DNA of 64,000 nucleotides from Alphaproteobacteria bacterium (GTDB lineage Bacteria; Pseudomonadota; Alphaproteobacteria; UBA2966): NCBI GenBank assembly GCA_965200265.1, contig OZ241357.1, positions 1,731,003 to 1,795,002 of the forward strand, read 5' to 3'. Shown piece by piece: positions 42,015 to 51,062 of this stretch (position 1 is its first letter; each line of letters starts with the position of its first letter). The notes under the pieces were generated by a model. It saw only the letters and a program-made list of their open reading frames with translations, ran no database searches and was not told where the DNA came from. The position numbers and the translations under genes were made by a program.

Positions 42015-42757
42015 ACACGAGAACCCTGTTTCTTGCCTGGCAGAACGAGAAGAACAGGCAATGGTTTCCGGTGGGGGTGCTGGACGTGGACGACGGCGAG
42101 CCTCCGTCGTATCGCTTCCGCTACACCGGCGGGGCGGAGCGGGCGCGGAAAGAGGCGAAGTTCCCGTGGCTGATCGAGTTCCCCGATCCGCGCGAGGATT
42201 ACCGGTCTCCCCGGCTCTTTCCGCTGTTCAGCAATCGGGTCATCGCGCCGGGGCGGCCGGACCGCGCGGACTACCTGAGCAACATCGGCCTTCCGGAGAC
42301 CGCCGATCCCGTCGAGATTCTGTCGGTGAACGGAGGCCGTCGCGTCACCGACGCCTACGAGGTCTTCCCGAAACTCGTGAAGCGGGCCGATGGAAGCTTC
42401 GCCTGTCGTTTCTTTCTGCACGGCTGGCGGCACGCCGCCCCATCGGCCCAGGCGCGGATGAGCGAGCTGGAACGGGACGAAGAGCTGTACGTCACCCTGG
42501 AACTCACCAACCCGGTCACCCGGTTGGCGGTGCAGATCCAGACGAAGGACTACCACATGATCGGCTGGGCGCCGCGCTATCTGGTGGACGATCTGGCCGC
42601 GGCAATGGCGGAGTCGTCCCCCGACTATTCGGCGCGCGTGGCGCGGGTCAATCCCCAACCCGCGCCGTCGAGGCAGCGCGTCCTGATCGAGATGCGCGGT
42701 CGCTGGAGCGAGCACGAGCCGATGACGGGCGCGGATTTCGCTCCGTTGACCGGATGA
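42011..42757 (+). CDS. HipS-like (HipA N-terminal subdomain) fused to a C-terminal HIRAN domain
   Basis: N-terminal half ...RLFPLFSNRVIAPGRPDRADYLSNIGL resembles the HipA_N/HipS motif (FFxNLLPEGxxR). C-terminal half ...FLHGWRH...LYVTLELTNPVTRLAVQIQTKDYHMIGWAPRYLVDDLAAAM...VLIEMRG matches the HIRAN pattern (L.REP.NP.D.NAI.V...G..IGY.P...A..L). ATGA overlap with the kinase gene. Confidence 0.65.
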   Translation: MNTRTLFLAWQNEKNRQWFPVGVLDVDDGEPPSYRFRYTGGAERARKEAKFPWLIEFPDPREDYRSPRLFPLFSNRVIAPGRPDRADYLSNIGLPETADPVEILSVNGGRRVTDAYEVFPKLVKRADGSFACRFFLHGWRHAAPSAQARMSELERDEELYVTLELTNPVTRLAVQIQTKDYHMIGWAPRYLVDDLAAAMAESSPDYSARVARVNPQPAPSRQRVLIEMRGRWSEHEPMTGADFAPLTG

Positions 42758-42786
42758 CCGGACGGCCCGCCAACGGCGAAAGGCGA

Positions 42787-42809
42787 AAAGGGGGAGCGGC
42801 GCCCCCTTT
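42787..42809. terminator. Bidirectional hairpin AAAGGGGGagcggcgCCCCCTTT between the convergent HIRAN-fusion and peroxiredoxin genes
   Basis: 8-bp perfect stem, 7-nt loop, A/T tails. Confidence 0.55.
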
Positions 42810-42830
42810 CCGTCGCAACCCCGGATCGCG

Positions 42831-43313
42831 TCAGAGGGCCTCGAGGATCCTTTCCGCGCTCGAGACTTCGTAGGCGCCGCCTTCCTCCAGGTTCAGCGCG
42901 CTGACGACGCCGTCGTCGACGACCATCGAATAGCGCCGCGACCGGACGCCCAGCCCCCGGTCGGTGAGGTCGAGCTCGAGCCCCAGCGCCCTGGCCAGCG
43001 CGCCGCTGCCGTCGGCGACCATGACGACCTTGTCGCCGACGTCCTGGTCCTTGCCCCAGGCGCCCATCACGAAGGCGTCGTTCACGGACAGGCAGACGAT
43101 CGAATCGACGCCCTTCGCCCGGATCGCGTCGGCGTTGTCGACGAACCCCGGCAGGTGCCGGGCCGAGCACGTGGGCGTGAACGCGCCGGGCACCGCGAAC
43201 GCCACCACCTTCTTGCCGCCGAACAGATCGCCCGTGGAAACCTGCTCGGGACCGGATTCACCCATGACCGCGAGGGTCACGTCCGGGATCGAATCGCCTA
43301 CGTTCACTGTCAT
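42831..43313 (-). CDS. Peroxiredoxin (Prx5-like, AhpC/TSA family)
   Basis: FAVPGAFTPTCS (peroxidatic Cys) in a 160-aa protein. Confidence 0.85.
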   Translation of the reverse strand: MTVNVGDSIPDVTLAVMGESGPEQVSTGDLFGGKKVVAFAVPGAFTPTCSARHLPGFVDNADAIRAKGVDSIVCLSVNDAFVMGAWGKDQDVGDKVVMVADGSGALARALGLELDLTDRGLGVRSRRYSMVVDDGVVSALNLEEGGAYEVSSAERILEAL

Positions 43314-43427
43314 TCCAAGCCTCCTCTCCGGTGAAGGGCGGACGAATCGCGCGCCCTCGACGTCGGGTGCGAGAGATACCGATAATTTCCGGGATGTCCA
43401 GTCCCGGACGAGCGGGACGCGGGACGT

Positions 43428-44294
43428 TCAGCGCGCCGGCGCGACCGTCCGCTCGATCGCGCGGTCTCCGTCGACCAGCGTGACCGTCAGCGGCCGGGCC
43501 GCGTGCCCCGCCGGCGCGGCGCCGCCGACCGGAAGCTCGAGGACGGCGGTGCGGGGATCGTCGCCGAGGTCGACCCTCGGCCGCCCGAAGAACACGCCGG
43601 CGGGACCCTCGACGAACGCGTCGGGGCCTTCGAACGGCCGCCGGGCCCTGGCGTGGAGACGCAGGATCCCGCCGTCCGGACCCGTCGCGACGCGGGCGCC
43701 GACGATATCCATGCCGCCATCCATGCCGCCGCGAACGGGAACCCTGGCGGCGAAACGCCGGATCAGCGCCCGATGCGCCGCGGTCTCCGGGTCCGGGCCG
43801 GCGCCCGACGCGCCGGCGGCGACGTCGAGACGCGCGCGCGCCGCCAGCGGCACGCAGATGTCCTTGCAGACGGCGTAGTCGACGGCGAGATCGATCCGGA
43901 CGGGCGCGCCCGGACGCGCCGGGCGCAGGCGCGCGGGGAAGACGACCTCGCCCTCGTAGCCGTAGGAATCCAGGCCCTCGAACGGGAGGCGCTTCGGCGC
44001 CGGCCACGCCAGCGTCACGCCGCCGACGTTGCGGGACGCCGACCAGTCGAAGGACGTGGGCAGCCCCGCGTCGCCGGGGTCGCGCCAGTAGGTCTTCCAC
44101 CCCTCCTCGAGGCGTATCTGCACCCCTATCTCGAGCACTCCCGAGGCGGCGGTCGAATCGCCGGCCGCGACGAGCCGGAGGCGGCTGAAATCGGTCACGA
44201 TCCAGTCGCTCGCGGCGCCGTGGGCGGGGCCGGCCGCCAGCAGCCCCGACGCCAGCAGCAGAGCCGCCGCACCGATCGGTCGAGTGGTCGACAT
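43428..44294 (-). CDS. DsbD-alpha-like periplasmic thiol:disulfide interchange domain protein
   Basis: Signal peptide MSTTRPIGAAALLLASGLLAAGPAHGA. CKDICVP Cys pair in an Ig-like N-terminal DsbD-domain context. Confidence 0.6.
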   Translation of the reverse strand: MSTTRPIGAAALLLASGLLAAGPAHGAASDWIVTDFSRLRLVAAGDSTAASGVLEIGVQIRLEEGWKTYWRDPGDAGLPTSFDWSASRNVGGVTLAWPAPKRLPFEGLDSYGYEGEVVFPARLRPARPGAPVRIDLAVDYAVCKDICVPLAARARLDVAAGASGAGPDPETAAHRALIRRFAARVPVRGGMDGGMDIVGARVATGPDGGILRLHARARRPFEGPDAFVEGPAGVFFGRPRVDLGDDPRTAVLELPVGGAAPAGHAARPLTVTLVDGDRAIERTVAPAR

Positions 44295-44444
44295 CGAAAC
44301 CTCGCGAAACCCGTTGCGTCCATGATACGCCGGGACCGGCGCTCCCGGAATTCAGGTATTCGTGATCGAGAGCCGTCCCTGGTCTATAATCGCCCGGTCC
44401 ATGCGCGAGCCGACCGCGCCTCGCCGCCAGTGGGGGGTGCCCCG

Positions 44445-45011
44445 ATGGGTCCCGACAACGGATATCTCGAAGGCCAGATGCTGATCGCCATGCCGGGCAT
44501 GGAGGATCCCCGGTTCCAGCGGACGTTGATATACATGTGCGCCCACTCGGGCCAGGGCGCCATGGGCCTAGTCGTCAACAAGGTGATGAGCAACGTCACG
44601 TTCCCGGACCTGCTGGAGCAGCTGGGCATCCGGGGCAGCGGCCCCGAGCGCGACGTCCGGGTGTTCTTCGGCGGACCGGTCGAACAGAGCCGGGGGTTCG
44701 TGCTGCATACGTCGGACTACATGCAGGACGCCTCCCTGGTCATCAACGAGGACTATTCGCTGACCGCCTCGATCGACGTCCTCAAGGCCATCGCCGACGG
44801 CACGGGGCCGGACAAGTGCCTGATGGCCCTCGGCTACGCCGGCTGGGCGCCCGGACAGCTGGAGGCCGAAATACAGGCCAACGGCTGGCTGCACGTGCCG
44901 GCCGACACGGACCTCGTCTTCGGGCCGGACCACGACGCGAAATGGCCCGCCGCCGTCGCCAAGCTCGGCATCGACCTGTCGTTGCTGTCGGGCGAAGCCG
45001 GCCACGCGTAG
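44445..45011 (+). CDS. YqgE/AlgH-family protein (UPF0301)
   Basis: GQMLIAMPGMEDPRFQRTLIYMCAHSGQGAMGLVVNK... is the conserved family signature. Confidence 0.8.
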   Translation: MGPDNGYLEGQMLIAMPGMEDPRFQRTLIYMCAHSGQGAMGLVVNKVMSNVTFPDLLEQLGIRGSGPERDVRVFFGGPVEQSRGFVLHTSDYMQDASLVINEDYSLTASIDVLKAIADGTGPDKCLMALGYAGWAPGQLEAEIQANGWLHVPADTDLVFGPDHDAKWPAAVAKLGIDLSLLSGEAGHA

Positions 45012-45030
45012 CCGCGCCGCCCGCGCGCCC

Positions 45031-45600
45031 CTATTCGGGGCGGGGATCGGTGGCGACGTAGCTGAACAGCAGGTGGTCCCGCCACTCGCCGTTGATGCGG
45101 AGGTATTCGCGCGCGTAGCCCTCCTGCATGAACCCGACCTTGGTCAGCAGGCGGCGGCTGGCCTCGTTGGTCGGAACGCAGGCCGCCTCGATCCGATGCA
45201 GGCCGAGTTCGTCGAACACGTGGCCGATGACGGCCAGGACGGCGTCGGACATGTAGCCGTTCCGGGCGAAGCGCTCGCCGACCCAGTAGCCGAGCGAGCA
45301 GCTCTGCGTGACCCCGCGATGCACGTGGGTGAGGTTGAGTCCGCCGACGATGGCGTCGTCCTCCTTGCGGAAGGCGAAGAAGGCGTACCCGCGGTCGTTC
45401 CGCGACTCCTCGTCGTAGCGCCGAATCCGCTGCCTGTAGGATGCCTGGGTCAGCACGTCGCGCGGCCAGGTGGGTTCCCAGGGCACGAGAAACTCGCGCG
45501 ATTCGGCGCGCAGACGCGCCCAGCTCTCCCAGTCCCGCAGTTCCGGTGGACGCATGTAGATCCGCTTCCCGACGACCCGGTCGGGCGCGACCGCCGGCAT
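45031..45600 (-). CDS. GNAT-family N-acetyltransferase (RimJ/RimL-like)
   Basis: 190 aa with acetyl-CoA-binding region LGYWVGERFARNGYMSDAVLAVIGHVFDELGLHRIEAAC. Confidence 0.75.
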   Translation of the reverse strand: MPAVAPDRVVGKRIYMRPPELRDWESWARLRAESREFLVPWEPTWPRDVLTQASYRQRIRRYDEESRNDRGYAFFAFRKEDDAIVGGLNLTHVHRGVTQSCSLGYWVGERFARNGYMSDAVLAVIGHVFDELGLHRIEAACVPTNEASRRLLTKVGFMQEGYAREYLRINGEWRDHLLFSYVATDPRPE

Positions 45601-45659
45601 CAATCCGCGCAGGAAGGTGCTCACGAGATCCGGCCTCTCGATCCGAAATCCATCGGAGT

Positions 45660-46919
45660 CTAGCCGAACCGCCCGGTGATCGCCGCATGACTCTCGAGGC
45701 GTTCGACCGGGCCGATCGCGGCCACCGCGGGCGCGGCGCCCTTCATGATGCGCTCCGCGACCCGCGTCACCGCCGCGGCCTCCACCGCGTCGATCTTCGC
45801 GACGAGCTCCGGGACGGGTATCGGACGCCCGTACACGAGGATCTGCCGGCCCACCTGCTCGCACCGCGCCGCCGAGCTTTCCAGGGCCATCTTCAGCCCG
45901 GCCTTGTGCTGCGTCCGGGCGCGGGCCAGTTCCTCTTCGCCGATGCCGGCGGCGACGTCTCCGAGCTGGCCGCAGACCACGGCGACGAGCTCCTCGATCT
46001 CGTCCGCTCCCGTGCCGGCGTAGATTCCGAACAGGCCGCAGTCCATGTAGCTGGACGAAAACGAGAAGATCGAATAGGCTAGCCCCCGGACCTCGCGAAC
46101 CTCCTGGAAGAGGCGGGACGACATGCCGCCGCCGAGGACGGTCGCGAGGACCTGCGCGGCGTGGAAATCGTCGTCGTCGAACGGCACCCCGGGGAACCCC
46201 AGGGTCAGGTGCACCTGCTCCAGATCCCGCCGTTCGCGCCAGTCTCCGCCGCGGAACCGGCCCGCCTCGAACGCCCCGTCGCCGCCGCCCGGGAGTTCGC
46301 CGAACCCCCGCTCCACGAGATCGGCGAAGGCGTCGTGATCGACCTTGCCGCTGGCGGCCGCGACCATGCCGGACGCGCGATAGTGCGCGCCCATGTAGCT
46401 CCGCAGCGTCTGGCGGTCGAAGCCGGCGACATGCTCGACCGTCCCGAGGATGGACCGGCCCAGCGGCTGATCGGGGAACGCGACCTCCTGGAGCCGGTCG
46501 AAGACCAGATCGTCCGGCGTGTCCCGGGTCTGGCCGATCTCCTGGATGACGACCGCGCGCTCGCGCTCCAGCTCCTGCTCCTCGAAGGCGGAGTGCTGCA
46601 GGATGTCGGCGAGGATGTCCACCGCGAGCGGCACGTCGTCGGCGACGACGCGGGCGACGTAGGCGGTCTGCTCCCGCGAGGTGAAGGCGTTCAGGTGGCC
46701 GCCGACCGCCTCGATCTCCTCGGCGATGCCGCGCGCCGTCCGGCGCCCGGTCCCCTTGAACGCCATGTGCTCCAGCATGTGCGAGACGCCGTTGAGTTCC
46801 GGCGTCTCGTTCCGGGCGCCGACGTCGACCCAGATGCCGACGGACGTGGTCTCGACGCCGGCCATGGCGTCGGTCGCGACCCGCAGGCCGTTGGGCAGCG
46901 TGGTTTCACGGACGTTCAC
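45660..46919 (-). CDS. M16-family zinc metallopeptidase (pitrilysin/processing-peptidase-like)
   Basis: Inverted zinc motif HMLEHMAFKGT (HxxEH) near the N-terminus, 419 aa. Confidence 0.85.
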   Translation of the reverse strand: MNVRETTLPNGLRVATDAMAGVETTSVGIWVDVGARNETPELNGVSHMLEHMAFKGTGRRTARGIAEEIEAVGGHLNAFTSREQTAYVARVVADDVPLAVDILADILQHSAFEEQELERERAVVIQEIGQTRDTPDDLVFDRLQEVAFPDQPLGRSILGTVEHVAGFDRQTLRSYMGAHYRASGMVAAASGKVDHDAFADLVERGFGELPGGGDGAFEAGRFRGGDWRERRDLEQVHLTLGFPGVPFDDDDFHAAQVLATVLGGGMSSRLFQEVREVRGLAYSIFSFSSSYMDCGLFGIYAGTGADEIEELVAVVCGQLGDVAAGIGEEELARARTQHKAGLKMALESSAARCEQVGRQILVYGRPIPVPELVAKIDAVEAAAVTRVAERIMKGAAPAVAAIGPVERLESHAAITGRFG

Positions 46920-48334
46920 GTCGTCGCCTCCCCTCCCCGGCCCGCGGCAACGCGGCGCCGAACGTAGTCCCGGACGGCGTCGGCGTCGTTGGGCAGCGCG
47001 TCGAAACGCTCCTCGCGATCATACAGATCGGAGAGACGGGGCGGCAACGCGGGCCGGACGCCGGTCGCCTTCTCCACGGCATCCGGGAACTTCGCCGGAT
47101 GCGCCGTCGCCAGCACGACGACCGGGCCCTCCCCCCGCCGGGGCGCCGCGCGCGCCGCCGCCATGCCGACCGCCGTGTGGGGATCGATCAGGATGCCGTT
47201 CTCCCGCCACGCCGCGGCGATGGACGACAGGGTCTCGTCCTCGCCGACGGCGCGGGCGTCGAACAGGCGGCGCAGCCCCGCGTGACAGGCGCCGTCCACC
47301 CGAAACCCGCCGGAGGAGTCGAGCTCCGACATGAGCGCCGCGACGGCCGCGCCGTCGCGGCCCAGCCCGTCGAAGAGCAGGCGCTCGAAGTTGCTCGACA
47401 CCTGGATGTCCATGCTCGGACTCATCGTCGGGCGCACGCCGCCCTTCCGGTACTCGGCGCTCTGGAAGAAACGGGCGAGGATGTCGTTGCGGTTGGTCGC
47501 GACGATCAGGCCGGCAACCGGCAGGCCCATCCGGTGCGCGGCGTATCCCGCGTATGCGTCGCCGAAATTGCCGGTCGGCACGACGAACGTGCATTCCCGG
47601 TCCGGCGCCCCCAGGGCAACGGCCGCGTGGAAGTAGTAGGCGATCTGCGTCATGACCCGCGCCCAGTTGATCGAATTCACCGCCGTCAGCCCGACGGACT
47701 CGCGAAACGGCCGGTCGTTGAACAGGGCCTTCACCACCGCCTGGCAGTCGTCGAACGTTCCCTCCAGGGCGACGTTGTGGACGTTCGGTCCGGTGACCGT
47801 GGTCATCTGGCGGCGCTGCACCTCGCTCACGCGGCCCCTGGGATGCAGGACGAAGGCGTCCACGCCCTCGAGGCCCCGGCAGGCCTCGATCGCCGCCGAT
47901 CCGGTGTCGCCGGACGTCGCCCCGACGACGGCGATGCGCCCTCCCCGAAGCGCCCGCGCCCGCTCGAACAGGCGGCCGAGCAGCTGCAGGGCATGGTCCT
48001 TGAACGCCAGCGTCGGACCGTGAAAGAGCTCCAGCAGCCAGCGGTCCGCCGACAACTGCCGCAGGGGCGCCACCGCGGCGGCGTCGAAGCCGGCGCAGGC
48101 CGCCGAGGTCATGCGCCCCAGATCCTCGGGCGGAACGGCGTCGCCGACGTAGGGGGCCACGATGCGCCGCACGACGTCCGCATACGGCAGGCCCGCCAGG
48201 GCGCGGATCTCCTCCGCCCCGAGACGGGGCCATTCGTCGGGCACGTAGAGCCCGCCGTCGGGCGCGAGCCCGGCGAGCAGCAGTTCGTCGAAACCGGCCG
48301 GCGGGGCCGCGCCCCGCGTACTGACGTAGCGCAC
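46916..48334 (-). CDS. thrC: Threonine synthase
   Basis: (V)RYVSTRGAAPPAGFDELLLAGLAPDGGLYVP..., PLP-Lys region FHGPTLAFKDHALQ. GTG start at 48334. The upstream 530 codons of the track ORF are junk. Confidence 0.9.
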   Translation of the reverse strand: MRYVSTRGAAPPAGFDELLLAGLAPDGGLYVPDEWPRLGAEEIRALAGLPYADVVRRIVAPYVGDAVPPEDLGRMTSAACAGFDAAAVAPLRQLSADRWLLELFHGPTLAFKDHALQLLGRLFERARALRGGRIAVVGATSGDTGSAAIEACRGLEGVDAFVLHPRGRVSEVQRRQMTTVTGPNVHNVALEGTFDDCQAVVKALFNDRPFRESVGLTAVNSINWARVMTQIAYYFHAAVALGAPDRECTFVVPTGNFGDAYAGYAAHRMGLPVAGLIVATNRNDILARFFQSAEYRKGGVRPTMSPSMDIQVSSNFERLLFDGLGRDGAAVAALMSELDSSGGFRVDGACHAGLRRLFDARAVGEDETLSSIAAAWRENGILIDPHTAVGMAAARAAPRRGEGPVVVLATAHPAKFPDAVEKATGVRPALPPRLSDLYDREERFDALPNDADAVRDYVRRRVAAGRGGEATT

Positions 48335-48402
48335 GCGCCGATGTCCCCAGGTCCCCGAAACGGCGGCGCGATCCTGGCACGCATTTCCCGCCCTGGCCAC
48401 GG

Positions 48403-49920
48403 TCACGGGCCGCCCCGCGGCGTCTCCCGGCCGAGATACCGCGCCCGCAGATGGTCCTTGAAGCCGGCGACGTCGAACGATCGCCCCGTCGCCCGGATCA
48501 GGAGCTCCCGCGGCGCGTAGCGCGAGCCGTACCGGTGGACGTTCGTCCGCAGCCACGAGAACAGCGGCTCGAAATCGCCCTTGCCGAGGCCGGGGACGAC
48601 CTCCGGCTCCGATTCGCGCGCGGCCGCGAACAGCTGCGCCGCGGCGATCGCCCCCAGCGCGTATGCCGGGAAGTATCCGAATCCACCCTTGAACCAGTGA
48701 ACGTCCTGCATACAGCCGTCGCGGTCGTCGCGCGGCGCGATGCCGAGGCCGCGCCGCATACCCTCGCGCCAGGCGCCCGGAAGGTCCGCGACCTTCAGGT
48801 CTCCGGCGATCAGGGCGCGTTCGAGACGGAAGCGCAGGACGACGTGGGCGGGATAGGTGACCTCGTCCGCGTCGACCCGGACGAGACCGGGCCGGACCCG
48901 CCGGCAGGCGCGCGCGAGATCGTCCGCCCGCCACCCGTCCCCCGCGCCGCCGAACGCCTCGCGGACCAGCGGCGCCAGCCAGCCGATGAAGGCGTCGCCG
49001 CGGCACGCCTGCATATCGAGGATCAGGGACTGGCTTTCGTGCATCGACATCCCGCGGGCCGCGCCGACGGGCTGATGACGCCACTTCGCGGGCAGGCCCC
49101 TCTCGTAGAGCGCGTGCCCCGCCTCGTGCAGGACCGCCATCAGCCCGCCGGTGAAGTCGCGCTCGTCGTAGCGGGTCGTCAACCGCTGGTCCTCGCGCAC
49201 GCCACCGCTGAACGGGTGATGGCTGGCGTCGAGGCGGCCGTGGTCGAAATCGAAGCCGAGACGGCGCAGCAGCCGTTCCCCGAGGCGCCGCTGGGCATCG
49301 ACGGGAAACCGCCCCCGCGGCGGCGAGGGCGGGGGGTCGCCGCCCTGCGCCTCGACGGCCTCGCCGATGAAGTCCGTCAGAAAGGCCGACAGCTCGTCGA
49401 GGATCGGCTCGACCTCGGCGGCCCTGGAGCCCGGGTCGTGGACGTCGAGCAGCGCATCGTAGGGCGCGCAGCCCAGCGGCCCGCTCCGCGCCTCGGCCGA
49501 TTCGCGCGTGAGCCGGACGACCCGCTCCAGGTGCGGCCGCACCGCCGCGAAGTCGTCGGCGGCGCGCGCGTCCCGCCAGACGGCCTCGCACGTGGAGCGC
49601 GCCTCGTCGAGCGCCCGGATCAGGTCCGCGGCGACGGCGACGGCGTGCCGCCAGCACCGGCGCATCCCGGCCAGGTTCGCCCGTTGCCAGCCGTCGAGGT
49701 CCCCGGCGCCGTCTTCCGCCGCGTCGAGCAGTTCGGCGAGACCGGCGCCGGTGAGCATCCCGTGACGAACGAGCGCCAGCTCCGCCAGCTGATCGCCGCG
49801 GGCGCCGGCGCCGCCCCGCGGCATCATGACGGCCGAGTCCCAGCGCAGCACCGCCATGGCGTCCCGCAGCACCGAATGCCGCCGGAAGCGCGCCTCGAGT
49901 TCCGCGTAGGCCGCCGCCAT
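48403..49920 (-). CDS. M32 carboxypeptidase (Taq-like metallocarboxypeptidase)
   Basis: HEAGH zinc motif (VLHEAGHALYE), 505 aa from MAAAYAELEARFRR.... ATGA overlap with SURF1. Confidence 0.8.
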   Translation of the reverse strand: MAAAYAELEARFRRHSVLRDAMAVLRWDSAVMMPRGGAGARGDQLAELALVRHGMLTGAGLAELLDAAEDGAGDLDGWQRANLAGMRRCWRHAVAVAADLIRALDEARSTCEAVWRDARAADDFAAVRPHLERVVRLTRESAEARSGPLGCAPYDALLDVHDPGSRAAEVEPILDELSAFLTDFIGEAVEAQGGDPPPSPPRGRFPVDAQRRLGERLLRRLGFDFDHGRLDASHHPFSGGVREDQRLTTRYDERDFTGGLMAVLHEAGHALYERGLPAKWRHQPVGAARGMSMHESQSLILDMQACRGDAFIGWLAPLVREAFGGAGDGWRADDLARACRRVRPGLVRVDADEVTYPAHVVLRFRLERALIAGDLKVADLPGAWREGMRRGLGIAPRDDRDGCMQDVHWFKGGFGYFPAYALGAIAAAQLFAAARESEPEVVPGLGKGDFEPLFSWLRTNVHRYGSRYAPRELLIRATGRSFDVAGFKDHLRARYLGRETPRGGP

Positions 49921-50654
49921 CAGCGCCCCCCTCTCGCACGGCGCCGGAACACTGTCGCCGCGAACGTCAGGTAGACGATCGTCAGCGCGGCCGCCAGCGC
50001 GTACCAGGTGATCGCGTACCCGAGATGATCGTTGCGCAGCCGGGTCCGCGTCTGTCCGCCGATCGGATATCCGCCCGGATTGGGCGCGGCGTCGGCCTCG
50101 ACGACGAACGGCGCGACGGTCGAACCCAGGGAATCCGCCATCCGTTCGACGTCGACGCGATGCCAGACGCCGGCCGCCGGGTCGTTCTCGGGCGCGAACC
50201 GGCCGCGCCGGCCGGACCCGGCGCGCGCGATGCCGACGACGTCGACGAGTCCCTCGACCTGTCCCGCCCGGCGGCGTTCGGGATCGGCCAGATCGTTCGG
50301 CGCCCATCCCCGGTTTATCAGCACCACCCGCGCCTCCGGGAGCGGCGGGCGAAGCAGCAGGGGCGTCACCACGTGAACGCCGGCGCGGCCTTTCGACGTG
50401 CGCGACAGCAGGCGGAACTCCCGGTCGTGCAGGTATTCCCCCCGCACCGCGACACGACGGAAATCGAGGTCGTCCGCGCGCTCCGGCGCGAGGCGGAGAA
50501 CGGCGACCGGGCGCGCGAGCCGCGATTCGCGCTCCGCGATCAGCGCGGTCTTCCACTCCAGGCGCTCGACCTGCCACGTCCCCAGGCCCGCGAGCAGCGC
50601 GACTCCGGGAACCGTCACGACGGTCGGCCACAGGAGGGGGCGAAGGGAAGTCAC
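49920..50654 (-). CDS. surf1: SURF1-family cytochrome oxidase assembly protein
   Basis: LLWPTVVTVPGVALLAGLGTWQVERLEWKTALIAE... (N-terminal TM plus SURF1 motif), C-terminal TM YAITWYALAAALTIVYL. The start is uncertain (GTG at 50654). Confidence 0.75.
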   Translation of the reverse strand: MTSLRPLLWPTVVTVPGVALLAGLGTWQVERLEWKTALIAERESRLARPVAVLRLAPERADDLDFRRVAVRGEYLHDREFRLLSRTSKGRAGVHVVTPLLLRPPLPEARVVLINRGWAPNDLADPERRRAGQVEGLVDVVGIARAGSGRRGRFAPENDPAAGVWHRVDVERMADSLGSTVAPFVVEADAAPNPGGYPIGGQTRTRLRNDHLGYAITWYALAAALTIVYLTFAATVFRRRARGGR

Positions 50655-50795
50655 CTCGGGGATCGGAACGCCGCCGGAGGCCGCTCGATCGACGCGGCGG
50701 GAAGGGCGCGGGCCTGCAGGGCAAAGGCGTCGACGCTGTTTGCAGGGAAACGAGAGGCCGTGGTACGTTCGGTCCGACCGGCGGAGGAGATGACC

Positions 50796-51023
50796 ATGAG
50801 CCCGGAGATATACACCATGCTGGGCGGTTTCGTGACCATGGTGGGCGGTTTCGTGTCGCTCGGCCTGTTCATGTGGAAGGTCATGTGGAGGGTCACCGAC
50901 AGGCTCGACCGCAAGATCGACGGCCTGGCGAAGGATCATCAGGCGCTCGCACGCGAGCTGTCGGAACTCAGGGGCGAGATCCGGGGCCGGTTCGGCAAGC
51001 CCGAAATCCAGCCCGCGGAGTAG
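50796..51023 (+). CDS. Small single-TM coiled-coil protein of unknown function (75 aa)
   Basis: RBS GGAGGAG 6 nt upstream. MSPEIYTMLGGFVTMVGGFVSLGLFMWKV... has a TM helix followed by a charged helix. Confidence 0.35.
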   Translation: MSPEIYTMLGGFVTMVGGFVSLGLFMWKVMWRVTDRLDRKIDGLAKDHQALARELSELRGEIRGRFGKPEIQPAE

Positions 51024-51062
51024 GAAAGGCGCGGAAGGAGGAAGCCCGCCGCCGCCTCGCTC

